Source: Chiloscyllium plagiosum
Taxonomy: Eukaryota
Length of the DNA stretch: 42,088 nucleotides
Reading direction: 5' to 3'
Assembly: GCF_004010195.1 (NCBI RefSeq)
Contig: NW_025214530.1
Coordinates: 1 to 42,088 of the forward strand
Shown: positions 12,823-25,624 of the stretch, in pieces
How positions within the stretch are numbered: position 1 is the stretch's first letter
How the letters are laid out: every line of letters starts with the position of its first letter
Made by a program: the position numbers and the translations under genes
The notes under the pieces: generated by a model
Database searches by the model: none
Told to the model about the DNA's origin: nothing
What the model saw: the letters and a program-made list of their open reading frames with translations, nothing else

Positions 12823-13445
12823 ATGACTTTAAGTTGGTAATGTCCATTCATTGTTACAAAAGTCAAAATTGTCATCTCTCCGTTGGATAAAGGTACCTGC
12901 CAGTATCCTCTGAGCAAGTCCAAATTACAAATATAAGTTGCTTGTTCTACCTTTTCAATACAGTTTTCTCAATGTCGAATTGGATATGAATCAGACGCTG
13001 TAAGTGCATTAACTTTGCAATCGGCTGCACGCAATCATCTGGTTGTGGCACCATTACTATGACTGAGCTCCAATTGCTGCAACTCCCTTTGATGCTGTTG
13101 TTTTGGAACATGCGTTCAAGTTGTCTTTGAACCTATACCAACTTTCTTTGGTGTAAATCTATAAGGATATTGCTTAATTGGAACAGCATTTCCTATATCT
13201 ATATCATGCATAATTAAATTAGTATTTCCCAGCTTATTCCCACATATCTCACTATGCAATAGTCATAACTCTTTCAGGTCACTTTGATATCTGGTGGATG
13301 GTACCTCAATAAATTATACCAAATGTTTAGAACATCCTCATTGTCCATTTTAATTTGAGGAAAGTCCAATTCAGAAACCTGTGAACTCACTTCGTCACGC
13401 GTGTTGTATCCAGTAACACATTATCTTTTTACTTTCCTTCTCTAT

Positions 13446-14065
13446 TGTTATGGACCAGACCAAACCCCTTAAAACATTTCAAATAGTTAGCGCAGACCTT
13501 AACTTTGCTAGTTGTTTTGAGAAGGTGTACAGTGGATATTCAAGGAGAGAATCAGCTGGTTAAGCCACCTCATTGTAATCCAAACAGGATTTATTTAGAA
13601 GATTACTGAATGAAACACAAAGAACAGAAACAGAACACCGAATAACTTATCCTATCATAAAACCTAACAGTGTATCTGTTCCAAGATACTTGCAACATCC
13701 CCACAAGCACCCCTTGGCACACAAGGTCATATCAAACACAAGTTATCACAGGACAGACACCTGAGAGAGGTTACCAGCCTGGACCTGCTTCTTTGGGGCC
13801 AGCAGTCTTTCTTCACACGACTGCTAAAAGAAACTAAACCAGAGATAAGCTGAGCTGGGAGAACTGGCCGCTCCCCTTTCAATATACATGTGTTTGCTTT
13901 CTAACCTTGAAAGCATTCTGCCTGAGGCAGTATCTATTAGCTATTGTCAAATTGGCCCTGAAACCCTGCCTAACTCAGACATTTCCGAACCTGTGTTTTT
14001 ATGACCTCCAGAAGAAAAAAGACTGAATGACAACCTAACCTTGTTAAAGTAACAGCTTTGTGACA
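13446..14065 (-). mobile_element. Solo LTR (620 bp) nested in the gypsy internal region
   Basis: TGTTA...TGACA termini; near 4-bp TSD CTAT/GTAT; similar to the LTR at 8990-9536; interrupts pol between integrase C-terminus and RT. Confidence 0.75.
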
Positions 14066-14474
14066 GTATCAAATTATAATTTGAGCATATTCACATGACA
14101 CACTGAGATTGCTTTCTATCTGCAGTCCTTATCAAATAATTCACCTCACTCAATTTTATTTCACTTTGATAAGTTTCACTAAATCTTGCTTTTATAGGTT
14201 CAACTGGAAGTAACACTAACATTTTATCCATGTTCTAAAAATTGCAAATTTTCAATCTCTTGTCTGCTTCCTGCTTCATCACGTGCTATGCTACTTTTAA
14301 ATGCCATCTAGCTAACTCCCGCTCAATTTAATCATTCCCTAAAATTTGATACACAGTTCAAATATGTGGTAGCTGAACTCTAACTCACTAATTTCTCCTT
14401 ATTTAATTTCAGTGGTCCTCTCAGCGCACGCCCCAACACTCATTCAAATGGACTGAATGAGGCAGATTCATTTC

Positions 14475-14760
14475 GAACATAGAACATAGAACATAGAACA
14501 TAGAACAATACAGCACAGAACAGGCCCTTCGGCCTACGATGTTGTGCCGAACATTTGTCCTGGCTTAAGCACCCATCCATGTACCTATCCAATTGCCGCT
14601 GAAAGGTCACCAAAGATTCTAACTCTACCACTCCCACAGGCAGCGCATTCCATGGCCCCACCACTCTCTGGGTAAGGAACCCACCTGTGAAGTCTCCCCT
14701 ATACCTTCCACCCTTCACCTTAAATTTATGTCCCCTTGTAACACTCTGTTGTACCCGGGG
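14475..14760 (-). mobile_element. CR1 3' end fragment with (AGAACAT)n tail
   Basis: gaacatagaacatagaacat tail; minus-strand GGRYRGDFTGGFLTQRVVGPWNALP C-terminal ORF2 motif. Confidence 0.88.
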
Positions 14761-15148
14761 CAGAGTGCAGTGGAGGCTGGGACATCCATATTGGCAAGAT
14801 GTGCAAATGGAATTCCTTTATTCAGTTGGTTGGATTATCTTGAATATAAGCCCTCAATATGGTCTTCTCTAAATTTGCTCATGTTCTTTGATGTTTGATG
14901 CCACCTTTCTAACATTCCCCGCCATAAATTTGATGTAAAAATTGATCCTTGATCTGGTTGTATCTCTGTGGGTAGTCTTTATTGAGTTAAACACTGGAGT
15001 AACTCTTCTACAATCTTCTAGCAGTGGTATTGCACAAATTGAATAGTCTCTGCAAATCTAATGGGCTCATCTATTATTGTAAACAAATACTAATTCCCAC
15101 TTTTTGTTTTATGTAGGGGACCTACTGAATCAGTGAAGACCCTTGTAA

Positions 15149-16030
15149 GACCATAAGACCATAAGACATAGGTGCGGAAATAAGGCCATTCTGCCCATCG
15201 AGTCCACTCCGAATTCAATCTTGGCTGATGGGCATTTCAACTCCACTTACCCGCATTCTCCTCGTAGCCCTTAATTCCTTGTGACATCAAGAATTTGTCA
15301 ATCTCTGCCTTGAAGACATTTAGCATCCCGTCCTCCACTGCACTGTGCGGCAATGAATTCCATAGGCCCACCACTCTCTGGCTGAAGAAATGTCTCCGCA
15401 TTTCTGTTCTGAATTTACCGCCTCGAAGTCTAAGGGTTAATCACGGACTCAACCTGCATGTTTACCTTTAGAGAATACTCAACTAGCACTCCCAGATCCC
15501 TTTGTACTTTGGCTTTATGAATTTTCTCACCGTTTAAAAAGTAGTCCATGCTTGTATTCCTTTTTTCCAAAATGCAAGACCTCACATTTGCTCACATTGA
15601 ATTCCATCAGGCATTTCCTGGACCACTCTTCCAAACTGTCTAGATCCTTCTACAGCCTCCCCACTTCCTCAGTACGACCTGCCTGTCCACCTAACTTTGT
15701 ATCATCAGCAAACTTCGCTAGAATGCTCCCGGTCCCTTTATCCGTATCATTAATATATAACGTGAACAGCTGCGGCCCCAATACTGAACCCTGCGGGGCA
15801 CCGCTTGTCACTGGCTGCCATTCCGAAAAAGAAACTTTTATCCTATCTCTCTGCCTTCTGTCAGACAGCCAATCCTCAATCCATACCAGTAGCTCACCTC
15901 GAACATCATGGGCCCTCACCATGCTCAGCAGCCTCCCGTGTGGCACTTCATCAAAGGCCTTTTGGAAGTCTAGGTAGACGACATCCACTGGGTTTCCCTG
16001 GTCTAACCTACTTGTCATCTCTTCAAAGAA
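15149..16030 (-). mobile_element. CR1 fragment (internally deleted) inserted into gypsy integrase
   Basis: [44 protein letters not shown]; (ACCATAAG)n tail; TSD TTGTAA at 15143-15148 and 16031-16036. Confidence 0.9.
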
Positions 16031-16810
16031 TTGTAAAGGGTTCCTCAAATGCAGGGATGGGTATTAAGGTGCTGGTTTTATTCCTTCCTGAGGTTTTCCA
16101 GGTGCATGACATGTATGACATTTCTATTAACTTTAAACTCCATCTTAATGCTGTCTAGGCCAGTAAAAATGTTCTTGTATTTTGGTGAGTTTTATCACTC
16201 CCACAATGACCTACAGGTAGCTCAGGTGCTACATGCCACACCTCCTTTCTATGCGCTCCTGGTAATGAATTTCTGCCACTTTCCCATCTGCCTGAATATG
16301 TGATCGTCTCCATGTCCTCATCAATACATCATTTTTAGGTTAGTAACATTTGGGAATGCTTTCAGATTCTACTTCTGTGTATGCTTTACAATATATTGCT
16401 TCAGTGTTTCATCTTTCCGTTGTAGTTCAGGTAATTTCTCTGAACTGAAAATATCCATTTGTTCGTCATCTGTCCTTGTTTTGTCTCAGCCATTCAATCA
16501 AATCTGGTCTCTGATCATTCTGCTTGAACTTGCTTATCTGTACTCTTTGCTTTCTTCTCCTGTGTCAAATGGTGGCTTTGTGACTTTGTTATCAGTCTGT
16601 TAATGTTCTCCAATTTGTTTCATGATTCACATAACAATGATGTTCATTGTATTTTATTTAGAGCATGAGATAATCCATCCACAAGAATGTTGTGTTATGG
16701 CGTTCTATTAGTGTGACAACTAACTTTTCACTGCCCAATTCTAACAGCAGACCTTGTCCCAACAATAATCTTAACTTATGATTGAAAAGTTAATGTTTCT
16801 GGCAGGACAC

Positions 16811-16915
16811 TCCATGAAAAGCTTATGCCCCAAACGTTGAATCTTCTCCTTGGATATACTGCCTGACTCGCTGTGCTTTTTCAGCGCCACGCTTTTTGAC
16901 TCTGAGCTGCAGTCC
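16811..16915 (+). mobile_element. Degenerate copy of the 11549-11685 short element
   Basis: gcttatgcccc aaacgttga...ctccttggat...gcctgac...ctgtgctttttcagc...tctga...tgcag aligns by eye to 11570-11670. Confidence 0.6.
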
Positions 16916-17639
16916 TTTCTTACTCTTTTTCCCTTGGTTGTCTGGTCTGGAATAATCTGAGAGGTACGGATGCCCTTGCAAGGAGTTTTGTGGTCCTGGA
17001 ACATGCAGAGGGAGGAGTGAAAGGGCTGTTGTATGGAGACATGCAGAGTTTCTTGAGTTGAATTGAGATGTGGGTGAGGGTATCCCAGTTAGAATGCTGA
17101 GATTTGGAGGTGACATGACAAATTCTTGAATTCTGTGTCCTCTCAAATGGAGAGTCCCTAAATCATCCAACAAGTGTGTCTTGGGCATGTTGACAGAATA
17201 GAAACATGTGACTTGTGAATTTACTTCCCGCATGGTGCGATACCTATAGCCAGGCAGCTAGTGATGGACCAAAGGGTCCGCTTCAGGAATGCTGAAGAAT
17301 GGTATGACAGCCCTGAACATCGACTATACATGGTGAGAGTCCCTATTGGCTGAGAGAAATGAATGGGAAGATTTCCATTGGTTTGACATGAGCTGTAAGG
17401 GTAACCTTAGACGCTAAAACAAAAGACAATAACTCATAATGACACTCGTTAATTGTTAGTGAGAAATTGGTGATAGAGGCTGTCTCTTATGAATCATACT
17501 TTTCATCAAGCAGCGAAGTTACATTGCATGGAGGCACGCAATCTGAAATACATCAGAGCACCTTCCAGCAACTGGAGCATGCTGGTGACCTCTGGCAAAG
17601 AAAATAGCTTCAAGGAAATATGATGTGCTTCACATGGCT

Positions 17640-17850
17640 ACAGACACAGAAATGTACATGCACACATACACACGCGTACACACAGATACCACACACACAG
17701 ACATATACCCATACAGAGACAGAAGAGACACAGATATGCACAGACCCCCACACTGAGACAGACACATACATACACAGATACACGCACACGGACACAGGCA
17801 CACACCACCACACAGACACACACACAATTGCAGACACACACACAATCACA
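17640..17850. repeat. Degenerate CA-rich microsatellite
   Basis: Directly visible. Confidence 0.9.
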
Positions 17851-18039
17851 GAACAAAATGACATATTGTGTGAAGAATGAGCAAAGCTGCACTTCAATCA
17901 TCACACTTGGGAGGCGATGTGTCATTGAAATTTGAGAGGTTATGTCTCCATATTATTTTTCAGGTGGGAGGATGAGTGATATTTTGAGTTAAATGGGGAA
18001 GCACTAATACTGTCCATGGTTTTCTCTTTAATATCCTCT

Positions 18040-21010
18040 TAAAAATAGAAGATAGGAGCAGACCTTTGATTCGGACCTTTGATCCTGCTCTGCCATTATC
18101 ATTATCATGACTCATCGTCCAACTCAACAACCTCATCCTGTTTACTCCCCTTTGAACCCATTTGTCTTAAATGCTGTATTGAGCCGCATCTTCAATACAT
18201 TCAATGTCTTGGCATCAACTAATTCCTGTGATAATGAATTCCACAGGCCCACCAGTCTTTGGGTGAAGAAATGTCTCCCTCATCTCTCTCCTAAATGATC
18301 CACCCCAAATCTTCAGTCTGTGTCCCCTGATTCTAGACACCCCCACCATCAGGAGCATCCTCCCTGTATCTACGTATGTTATTTCCAAGCAAGAACACCT
18401 TTCCTCAGAAAATGAAACCAAAACTGCACACAGTGTTTGAGGTGTGGCCTCAACAAGGCTCTGTATAACTGTAACAACACATCCCTGCTCCTGTGCTTGA
18501 AACATCTTACAATGAAGGCCAATATAGCATTTGCCTTCATTACTGCCTGCTGCACCTGCATGCGTACCTTCAGCGACTGGTGCACAAGGACATGGAGGCC
18601 CTGCAGCACACTCTCCTCTCCCAATTTACAGCCAGACAGGTAGTAATCCACCACCTTTTTCTTGTTTCCAAAGTGAATAACCTGACATTTATCCAAAATA
18701 ACTGCATCTGCCATTGATTTGCCCACTCACCAAATCTGTCCAGACCATGCCATAGGGTCTCTGTATCCTCGTCACAGTTCACCCTCCTATCCAACTTGGT
18801 ATCATCTGCAAACCTTGAGATATTACATTTTATTCCTTCATTCAAACCATTAAAATAACCCTTAAGCCCGACTCGGTTTCCTCTCTACCCATCTCTTTTC
18901 TATCTATCTCAGTACACCTACCCCAATCCCATGCGCATTAATACTGTACAGTGATGTCTTAAGTGGGACATTATCAACCACTTCCTTAAAGCCCAAATAT
19001 ACCATATTGACCAGTGCCCCTTTGTCGATTCTGATAGTTACATCTTCACAGAATTCCAATAGATTTGACAAGCATGATTTCCCCTCCATAAATCCATGCT
19101 GACTCTCTTTGATCTTGCCACGGCTTTCTCAATGCTCTGCCATAAAGTACTTGATAAAGGATTTGATAATTTTCCCCACTACTGAACTGAAGCTCACTGG
19201 TCTATAATTCCCTGGTTTTTCTGTACCCCTCTTTCTGAGTATTGGAGTGGCAATAGCTGCCATCCAATCTGCAAGGACTGTACCATAAATTAATGAATCC
19301 TGACAACCAAAGCATCCACTATTTCTAGAACTTTGGGATGTAGATTTATCAGGCCCTGAGGATTTATCGGGTTCAATCCCCTCAATTTCCCAGCAGCATT
19401 TCTCTATTCATATTGACCTCCCTCAGTTCTTCCCTCTCACTAAATCTTGCATTCTCCAGGATTTCTGGTACTTGATTTGTATCTTCGAGTCAGAGGGTCC
19501 TACAGCACAGAGAGAGGTCGTTTAGCCCAAACTGGCCCATACTGACCAAATTGTCCACCCATGATAACCCCATTTCCCTGCATTTGGTCCACATCCTTCT
19601 AACCCTTTCCTATCCATGTATTTGTCAAAATGCCGTTAAATGTTGTTAACGTACCCACCTCAACCACTCCCGCTGGCAGCTCATTGCATATGCGTGCCAG
19701 CCTCTGTTTAATCAAATTAGCCCCTCAGGTTCCCTTTTGTACTTTTTCCCTCTAAACTTAAACTAATGCCATCTAATCCTCGATTCCCCAACCCTGGCAA
19801 AAAAGACTGAGTGTATGCCTCTCATAATTTTGTACAGTTCTATAAGATCCCCTCTCAGTCTCCTAGACTGCCAAGAAAAGAAGTTCTAGCTTGTTCAGCC
19901 TCTCCTTATAACTCAGACCACTGAGTGCGAGCAACATCCGTATAAATTTCTTCTGCACTCTTTCCAGTTTAATAACTTCCTTCCTCGAGCAAGGTGACCA
20001 AGCAGAACATATGCTCCAACTGCAGCTCACCAACCTCCTGTACAATTGTCATTTTTTGTGAAGACAGAACTAAAGTACGTATACAATTGCTCAGTTATTT
20101 CATTGTCCTTTTTTATACATTTCCCCAATTTCCATCTGTAGGGACCTACATTTGTCTTCATCAATCTCTTTCTCTTCACGTACTGTAGAACCTTGTAGCC
20201 TCAGTCTTCATGTTCCCTGCAAGCTTACTTTCTTTTGTACTGTTTTCCTCATCTTAATCAATCCATTGTTTCTTCTTTGCTGAATTCGAAACTGCTCTCA
20301 AACATCAGACCAATTATTTTTCTTGGCCAATCTCTATGCTATTTCCTTCAAATGGATGCTATCTAATTTCCTTTATAAGCCATGGATTGGCCCTGTTACC
20401 CATTTTGCTTTTGTACCAGACAGGAATAAATAGTTGTTGCAGCTCCTCCATGATTTCCTTGAATATTTGCCAATGCCTATCTACTGTCACACCTTTAAGC
20501 AACTTTCACTAATCTAACAACGCCAACTCATGCCTTATATATCTTCATAGTTTCCTTTATTAAGATTCAGCACCCTAGTCTCCAAATCAGCTGGCTCACT
20601 TTCCTTCTTGATAAAAGAGTTGTATCATGTCATGGTCACTCATCCTCAAGGAGTCACACGCAGCTAGATTGGCAATGATTCCCTTCTCATTACACAGTAC
20701 CCAGTCTAAGTTGGCTTGCTCTCTAGTTAGTTCATCCACATGTTGGTTAAGAAAACCATCCCGTATGTACTCCAGGAATTCCCCTTCTTAGACATTGTGG
20801 TTAATTTTATTTGTCCAATCTAGATGCAGGTTAAAATCACCCATGATCACCGATGTCTCCATATCACATGCTTGGCTAATTTCCATTTTAATACTATTCC
20901 AACATGACCACTGCAGTCTGGGGGTCTCTGTATGACACCCACTAATGTTTTTTGTCCCTTGGTATTTCACAGCTCCACCCACACAGATTGAACACTGTCG
21001 AAGCTAATGT
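18040..21010 (-). mobile_element. Old CR1 ORF2 (endonuclease to C-terminus) with a second CR1 3' fragment nested at ~19488-20049
   Basis: IMGDFNLHLDW (endonuclease), GKSCLSNLLEFCE, ISRFADDTKL, LLQLYRALLRPHL; nested piece has KLERVQKKFIRML. Confidence 0.85.
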
Positions 21011-21289
21011 CCTAAAAAGAGATTAACAAAAATACGTGACCAGGAATGGAGATATTTTTGCTCAAATATTGATCTTGGTTTGCTGCTAATTAGTCTTGTC
21101 GACTTTCAATGAGTTGCTTCGTGAAATCTGGGAATGCCAGCAGAAGGTGATGAGCTAGAACATTTGTGGAATTGCTTTCTCAGTAAATGAACATAGATAC
21201 ATTTTGTTGAGATTTTCACAGTAGATGCAATGACAGTGCTTCCCCAGCAGTTGGAAGTGAGGGCTGAGAGTAGATCCTTCAACCAACAT

Positions 21290-22050
21290 CTTCACTCAAA
21301 AAAATTAAAGCACACAAAAGATTGACTGAGGCTACTTAGTTTAACATCATTTATTGAAACAAATGGTGGAGTCTTAGAAAAGGATGTTACAGCAGAAAAC
21401 TGAGAATGGCTTTACAAAATGGAAATCTTGCCTGATAAAAGTATCGGGAGAAAATGGAGGAAACGGTGGTTGTAATATGTTTTGATTTTCCGAAGGTGTT
21501 TGATAGCACCCATGCATAAGATAACTGAATAAGAAATGAGCCTTGGCTTTGGAGGTGCTGTATTAACATGGAGAGAGGATTTTTGAAATCCCAATCAGAA
21601 AAGTTTGATTAAGTGTTTTACAGGATGTCAATCTGCTGAGTACCACATAAATCTGTTCTGGGGACAAAAAAAATTACAAATTATTTTGATGACTTAGATG
21701 AGGAAAGTGAGTATATTGTAGGCAAGTTGCAAATGACTCAAAAATTGGAGCGGAGACAAGTGGTGAATATGACACAAAAAGAGGTTTGCGGAGGGATACA
21801 GATAGGACAAGAGAGTGAACAAAGAGCTTTGCATATTAATGTAATGTGGATTAAATAAATGAGAACAGACGTAAACAGTGAAGTTATGCATTTTAACGGG
21901 CAAGATAGTGATTGAATTCAGAAATCTAAAGGGAGTCCGCATCTCCGAACCACAAAACGTTAGCTTTTAATTTCAACTGTCAATAAAGTTGGCAAATGTC
22001 ATGTTGGGGTTTGTTTAAAAACTAATGGAATATTGAGATTAGGAACAGTC
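21290..22050 (+). mobile_element. Highly decayed CR1 RT fragment
   Basis: Remnants such as gtaatatgttttgattttccgaaggtgtttgatagc (DFxKxFD) and aagttgcaaatgactcaaaaattgg (degenerate FADDTK). Confidence 0.55.
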
Positions 22051-24990
22051 AGATAGAGCAGCTAATGTGTAGCTGAGGAGCTGCTGCAGGGGTTAGGATT
22101 CTCATTTTTCAATCATTGGGATCTCTTCAGGGATATAAATGACCTGTATAAGAGGGACCTGAATTGGAAAGGGACCGATATTCTTGTGGGGACATTTGCT
22201 AGCAGTATGCTGAAGGTTTTAAACCAGTAAGGGGGATGGTGGAGACCAACAAGATAGTGAGAAAAGAGAAATGTTTGAGGTGAGATGCGGTAAGCAATTC
22301 TAGGGGTCAAGGCAGACAACAGTTTGGCAAGAGCGAGGTAAGACTGCTAAACTGCATTTACTTCGATGCAAGAGGCCTGACATGTGAGACAGATGAACAT
22401 AGGGCATAGATGGGAATGTGGGACAAGGATATCATTACCATTACAGAAATGTGGCTCAGGGATGAACAGGACTGGGAGCTCAATGCTCCAGGATATAGAT
22501 GCTATAGAATGTAAAGACAGAGGAGCAAGAGAGGAGATGAGGTTTTTTTTTGGTTAGAAAGAACATTACAGCTGGATGCAGAGAGGATATTTCTTGGAGA
22601 CTGCCCAGTGAAGTTATATGGATGAAACTTAAAAATAAGAAAGAGGTGATCACCTTGCTGCGATTGTAAAATGGGCCTCCTAATAGTCAGTGGGAAATTT
22701 ACAAGCGATTATGTAATCTGTAAGAAAAATGGATAATGGTAGAACATAGAACATAGAAGAATACAGCGCAGTACAGGACCTTGGGCCCTCGATGTTGCGC
22801 CGATCCAAGCCCACCTAAACTACACTAACCCACTATCCTCCATATCCCTATCCAATGCCCTCTTAAATGCCCATAAAGAGGGAGAGTCCACCACTGTTAC
22901 TGGAAGGGCATTCCATGAACTAACGACTCACTGAGTGAAGAACCTACCCCTAACATCAGTCCTATATCTACCCCCCCCTTAATTTAAAGCTATGCCCCCT
23001 TGTAATACCCGACTCAATACGCGGGAAAAGGTTCATACTGTCGACCCTATCTAACCCCCTAATCATCTTGTACACCTCAATCAAGTCACCCCTAAACCTT
23101 CTTTTCTCTAGTGAAAACAGCCCCAAGTGCCTCAGTCTCTCCTCATACGATTTTCCNNNNNNNNNNNNNNNNNNNNNNNNNNCCCCATCTTTTTGTTTTT
23201 CTTCCCAAAGTGAATCACCTCGCACTTAGCTACATTGTATTCCATCTGCCACCTTTCTGCCCAGCTCTGCAGCTTCTCTATATCTTGCTGTAACCTGCCA
23301 CATCCTTCCTCACTGTGAACAACTCCTCCGACTTTCGTATCATGCGCAAACTTGCTCACCCAACCTTCTAACCCCTCTTCCTGGTCATTTATAAAAATGA
23401 CAAACAGCAATGGTCCCAAAACAGATCCTTGCGGAACACCGCTAGTGACGGCACTCCATGAAGAAACTTTGCCATCAACTACTACCCTCTGTCTTCTTCC
23501 ATCCAGCCAATTCCTAATCCAAACCTCCAACTCACCCTCCATGCCATATCTCCGTATTTTCTGCAGTAGCCTACCATGGGGAACGTTATCAAACGCCTTA
23601 CTAAAATCCATATATACCACATCTACCGCTTTCCCCTCATCAACCTCCTTCGTCACCTTTTCAAAGAATTCAATAAGGTTTGTGAGGCACGACTTGCCCT
23701 TCACAAAACCATGCTGACTATCCTTGATCACATTATTCCTATCTAGATGTGCATAAATCCTATCCCTTACTATTCTCTCTAAGACTTTGCCCACAACAGA
23801 AGTGGGACTCACCGGCCTATAGTTACTAGGGCTATCCCTACTCCCCTTTTTGAACAAGGGAACCACATTTGCTATCCTCCAGTCTTCTGGGACTACTCCT
23901 GTAGACAATTCCTGTAGGGAATGTTAAGTTTTCAAACACAGTTTGGGATAGTGTTAAGATCTTGGAATGTGGAGAAATTGGTTAAGGGTGCACAAGAAAA
24001 CGTTGTTATTCAATATGTGGATGCACCTACTAGACAGTTCGCAATACTTGACCTTCTGTTGCGAACCAAGGCAGAGCAAGTGACTGAGGTGTCCATAGAG
24101 GCACGCTTCAGGGAAAGTGATCATAATTCTATTGGTTTAATAATAATGATGAGAAAGGATAGAATTGATTTAAAAATGAAAGTTTCAAATTAGAGTGTGG
24201 CCAGTATCGATGGTATTTGACTTTGAGAAGTTGGTTGGAGAAGGTTATTCACAGGTAAAGGGACGGCTGACAAGTGGGAGGCCTTTAAGAATGAGACAAT
24301 GAGAGTTCAGTGATGGTATGTTTCGGTTTATGTGAAGGGCAAGGCATGGGAAAAGCTCAATGATGCGGGAAATTGCAACTCCTGTCCAGAAAACGAAGGG
24401 GACATTTATCAGATATAGACAGCTGGGATTGAGTGATCCTGAAAAGGGTATAAGGGCAGTCGGAGTATACTTAAACAGGAAATCATGCGGGAAAAAAAGG
24501 GGACATAAAATTGTTTTGGCAAATAGAATTAAGGAGAATCGGAAAAGATTCTAAAATTATTTTAAGGTTAAAAGAATAACTAAGGAGAGAATACAGCCCT
24601 TAAAGATCAACATGGCTTTCCATGCATGGAACCACAGGAGATGGCAGAGACACTAAGCAAATATTTTGCATCAATATTTACAGTAGACAGAAGCATAGAA
24701 GCTAAGAAACTTGGGAAATAAATAATGTGATCTTAAAATGAGTTCATTTTGCAGAAAAGGAAGTGTTGGAGGTCTTAAAGTAGAAAAATGGAAATAAATC
24801 CTGGAAACCTGATTAGGTATTTCCCAGAACTTTGTGGGAAGCTAGGAAAGAGATTGCTGGACCCCTTGCTGAGATATTTGTATTGTTAATAATCATAGAT
24901 GAGATGCCAGACGTCTGGAGAGTGACTCATGTGGCAGCATGATTGAAGAAAGTTGTATGGAAAAGCGAGGGAACCGTAAACTGGTGAGCC
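22050..24990 (+). mobile_element. Decayed CR1 (end of ORF1 into ORF2 endonuclease and linker), split by the insertion at 22743-23913
   Basis: Endonuclease remnants DIITITEMWL, QYVDAPTRQFAILDLLL, RESDHNSI; LANRIKENRKRF. Confidence 0.75.
22743..23913 (-). mobile_element. Young 5'-truncated CR1/HER1-like LINE (N-gap 23157-23182)
   Basis: Open RT frame [49 protein letters not shown]; catalytic motif reads FAHD instead of FADD; (AGAACAT)n tail. Confidence 0.95.
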
Positions 24991-24997
24991 TTTCACA

Positions 24998-25088
24998 CCA
25001 GAGATGCTGCCAGACCTTCTGAGCATTTCCAGCAGTTTTTGCTTTTGTTTCTGAGACACAGCATCCACAGTTCTTTCAGTTTTTATTT
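24998..25088 (+). mobile_element. Short Penelope-derived repeat fragment
   Basis: gatgctgccagaccttctgagcatttccagcagtttttg..cagcatccacag resembles the body of 11605-11670. Confidence 0.5.
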
Positions 25089-25181
25089 AGTAGTTAGAGA
25101 GCATTACTTTTTGAATTGGAGGCTGTTAGAACATAACAACATCCGAATATAAGAAATACAATCAGGATTAGGCCATCTTCA

Positions 25182-25495
25182 GGGCGGCACGGTTAGCACT
25201 GCTGCCTCACAGCGCCAGAGACCTGGGTTCAATTCCCGACTCAGGCGACTGACTGTGTGGTGTTTACACATTTTCCCCATGTCTGCGTGGGTTTCCTCCG
25301 GGTGCTTCGGTTTCCTCCCACAGTCCAAAGATGTGCAGGGTCAGGTGACTTGGCCACGCTAAATTGCCCGTAGTGTTAGGTAAGAGGGTATGGATGGGTT
25401 GTGCTTCGGTGGGTCCGTGTGGACTTGTTGGGCTGAAGGGCCTGTTTCCACACTGTAAGTAATCTAATCTAATCTAATCTAATCTAATCTAATCT
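25182..25495 (+). mobile_element. HE1-like tRNA-derived SINE
   Basis: gggcggcacgg..ttagcactgctgcctcacagcgccagagacctgggttcaattccc (B box GGTTCAATTCC; A box partly deleted); LINE-like 3' end gaagggcctgtttccacactgt; (TAATC)n tail. Confidence 0.9.
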
Positions 25496-25624
25496 GACTC
25501 CATGAGTAAGCTCTGCCTTTCAATAATATCGTGGATCATCTTTCAATGGACTGAGACTCCACTTACCCTTCATTCCTTTACTGTTCACAAATCTATCTTC
25601 ACCTTTAAAACATTCAACAGGTTA

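Larger units (their letters stand above)
10935..16800 (-). mobile_element. Decayed Ty3/gypsy LTR retrotransposon pol, Gmr1-type order integrase-RT-RNase H, interrupted by five later insertions
   Basis: Minus strand, 5' to 3': integrase zinc finger (GHCGSDKT..KIQEHFYWP..KCHTCH, ~16260-16090); [42 protein letters not shown] core (16070-14880); NESASFSPFE (~14440); RT KVNALTASDSYPI..LDLLRGYWQVPL..KV|MQFDLENAPATFER..VYIDK..INLAKCEF (13020-11690); RNase H ..VGAVFLQ..PIGYFFRKL..YSMIEKETL..TDHNPL..WSLSLQPFNL (11375-10935). Confidence 0.88.

Noticed and set aside
23132..23908. 258-aa RT ORF as an active or domesticated reverse transcriptase
   Set aside because: It is a 5'-truncated CR1 copy with no endonuclease, FADD changed to FAHD, and it crosses an N-gap.
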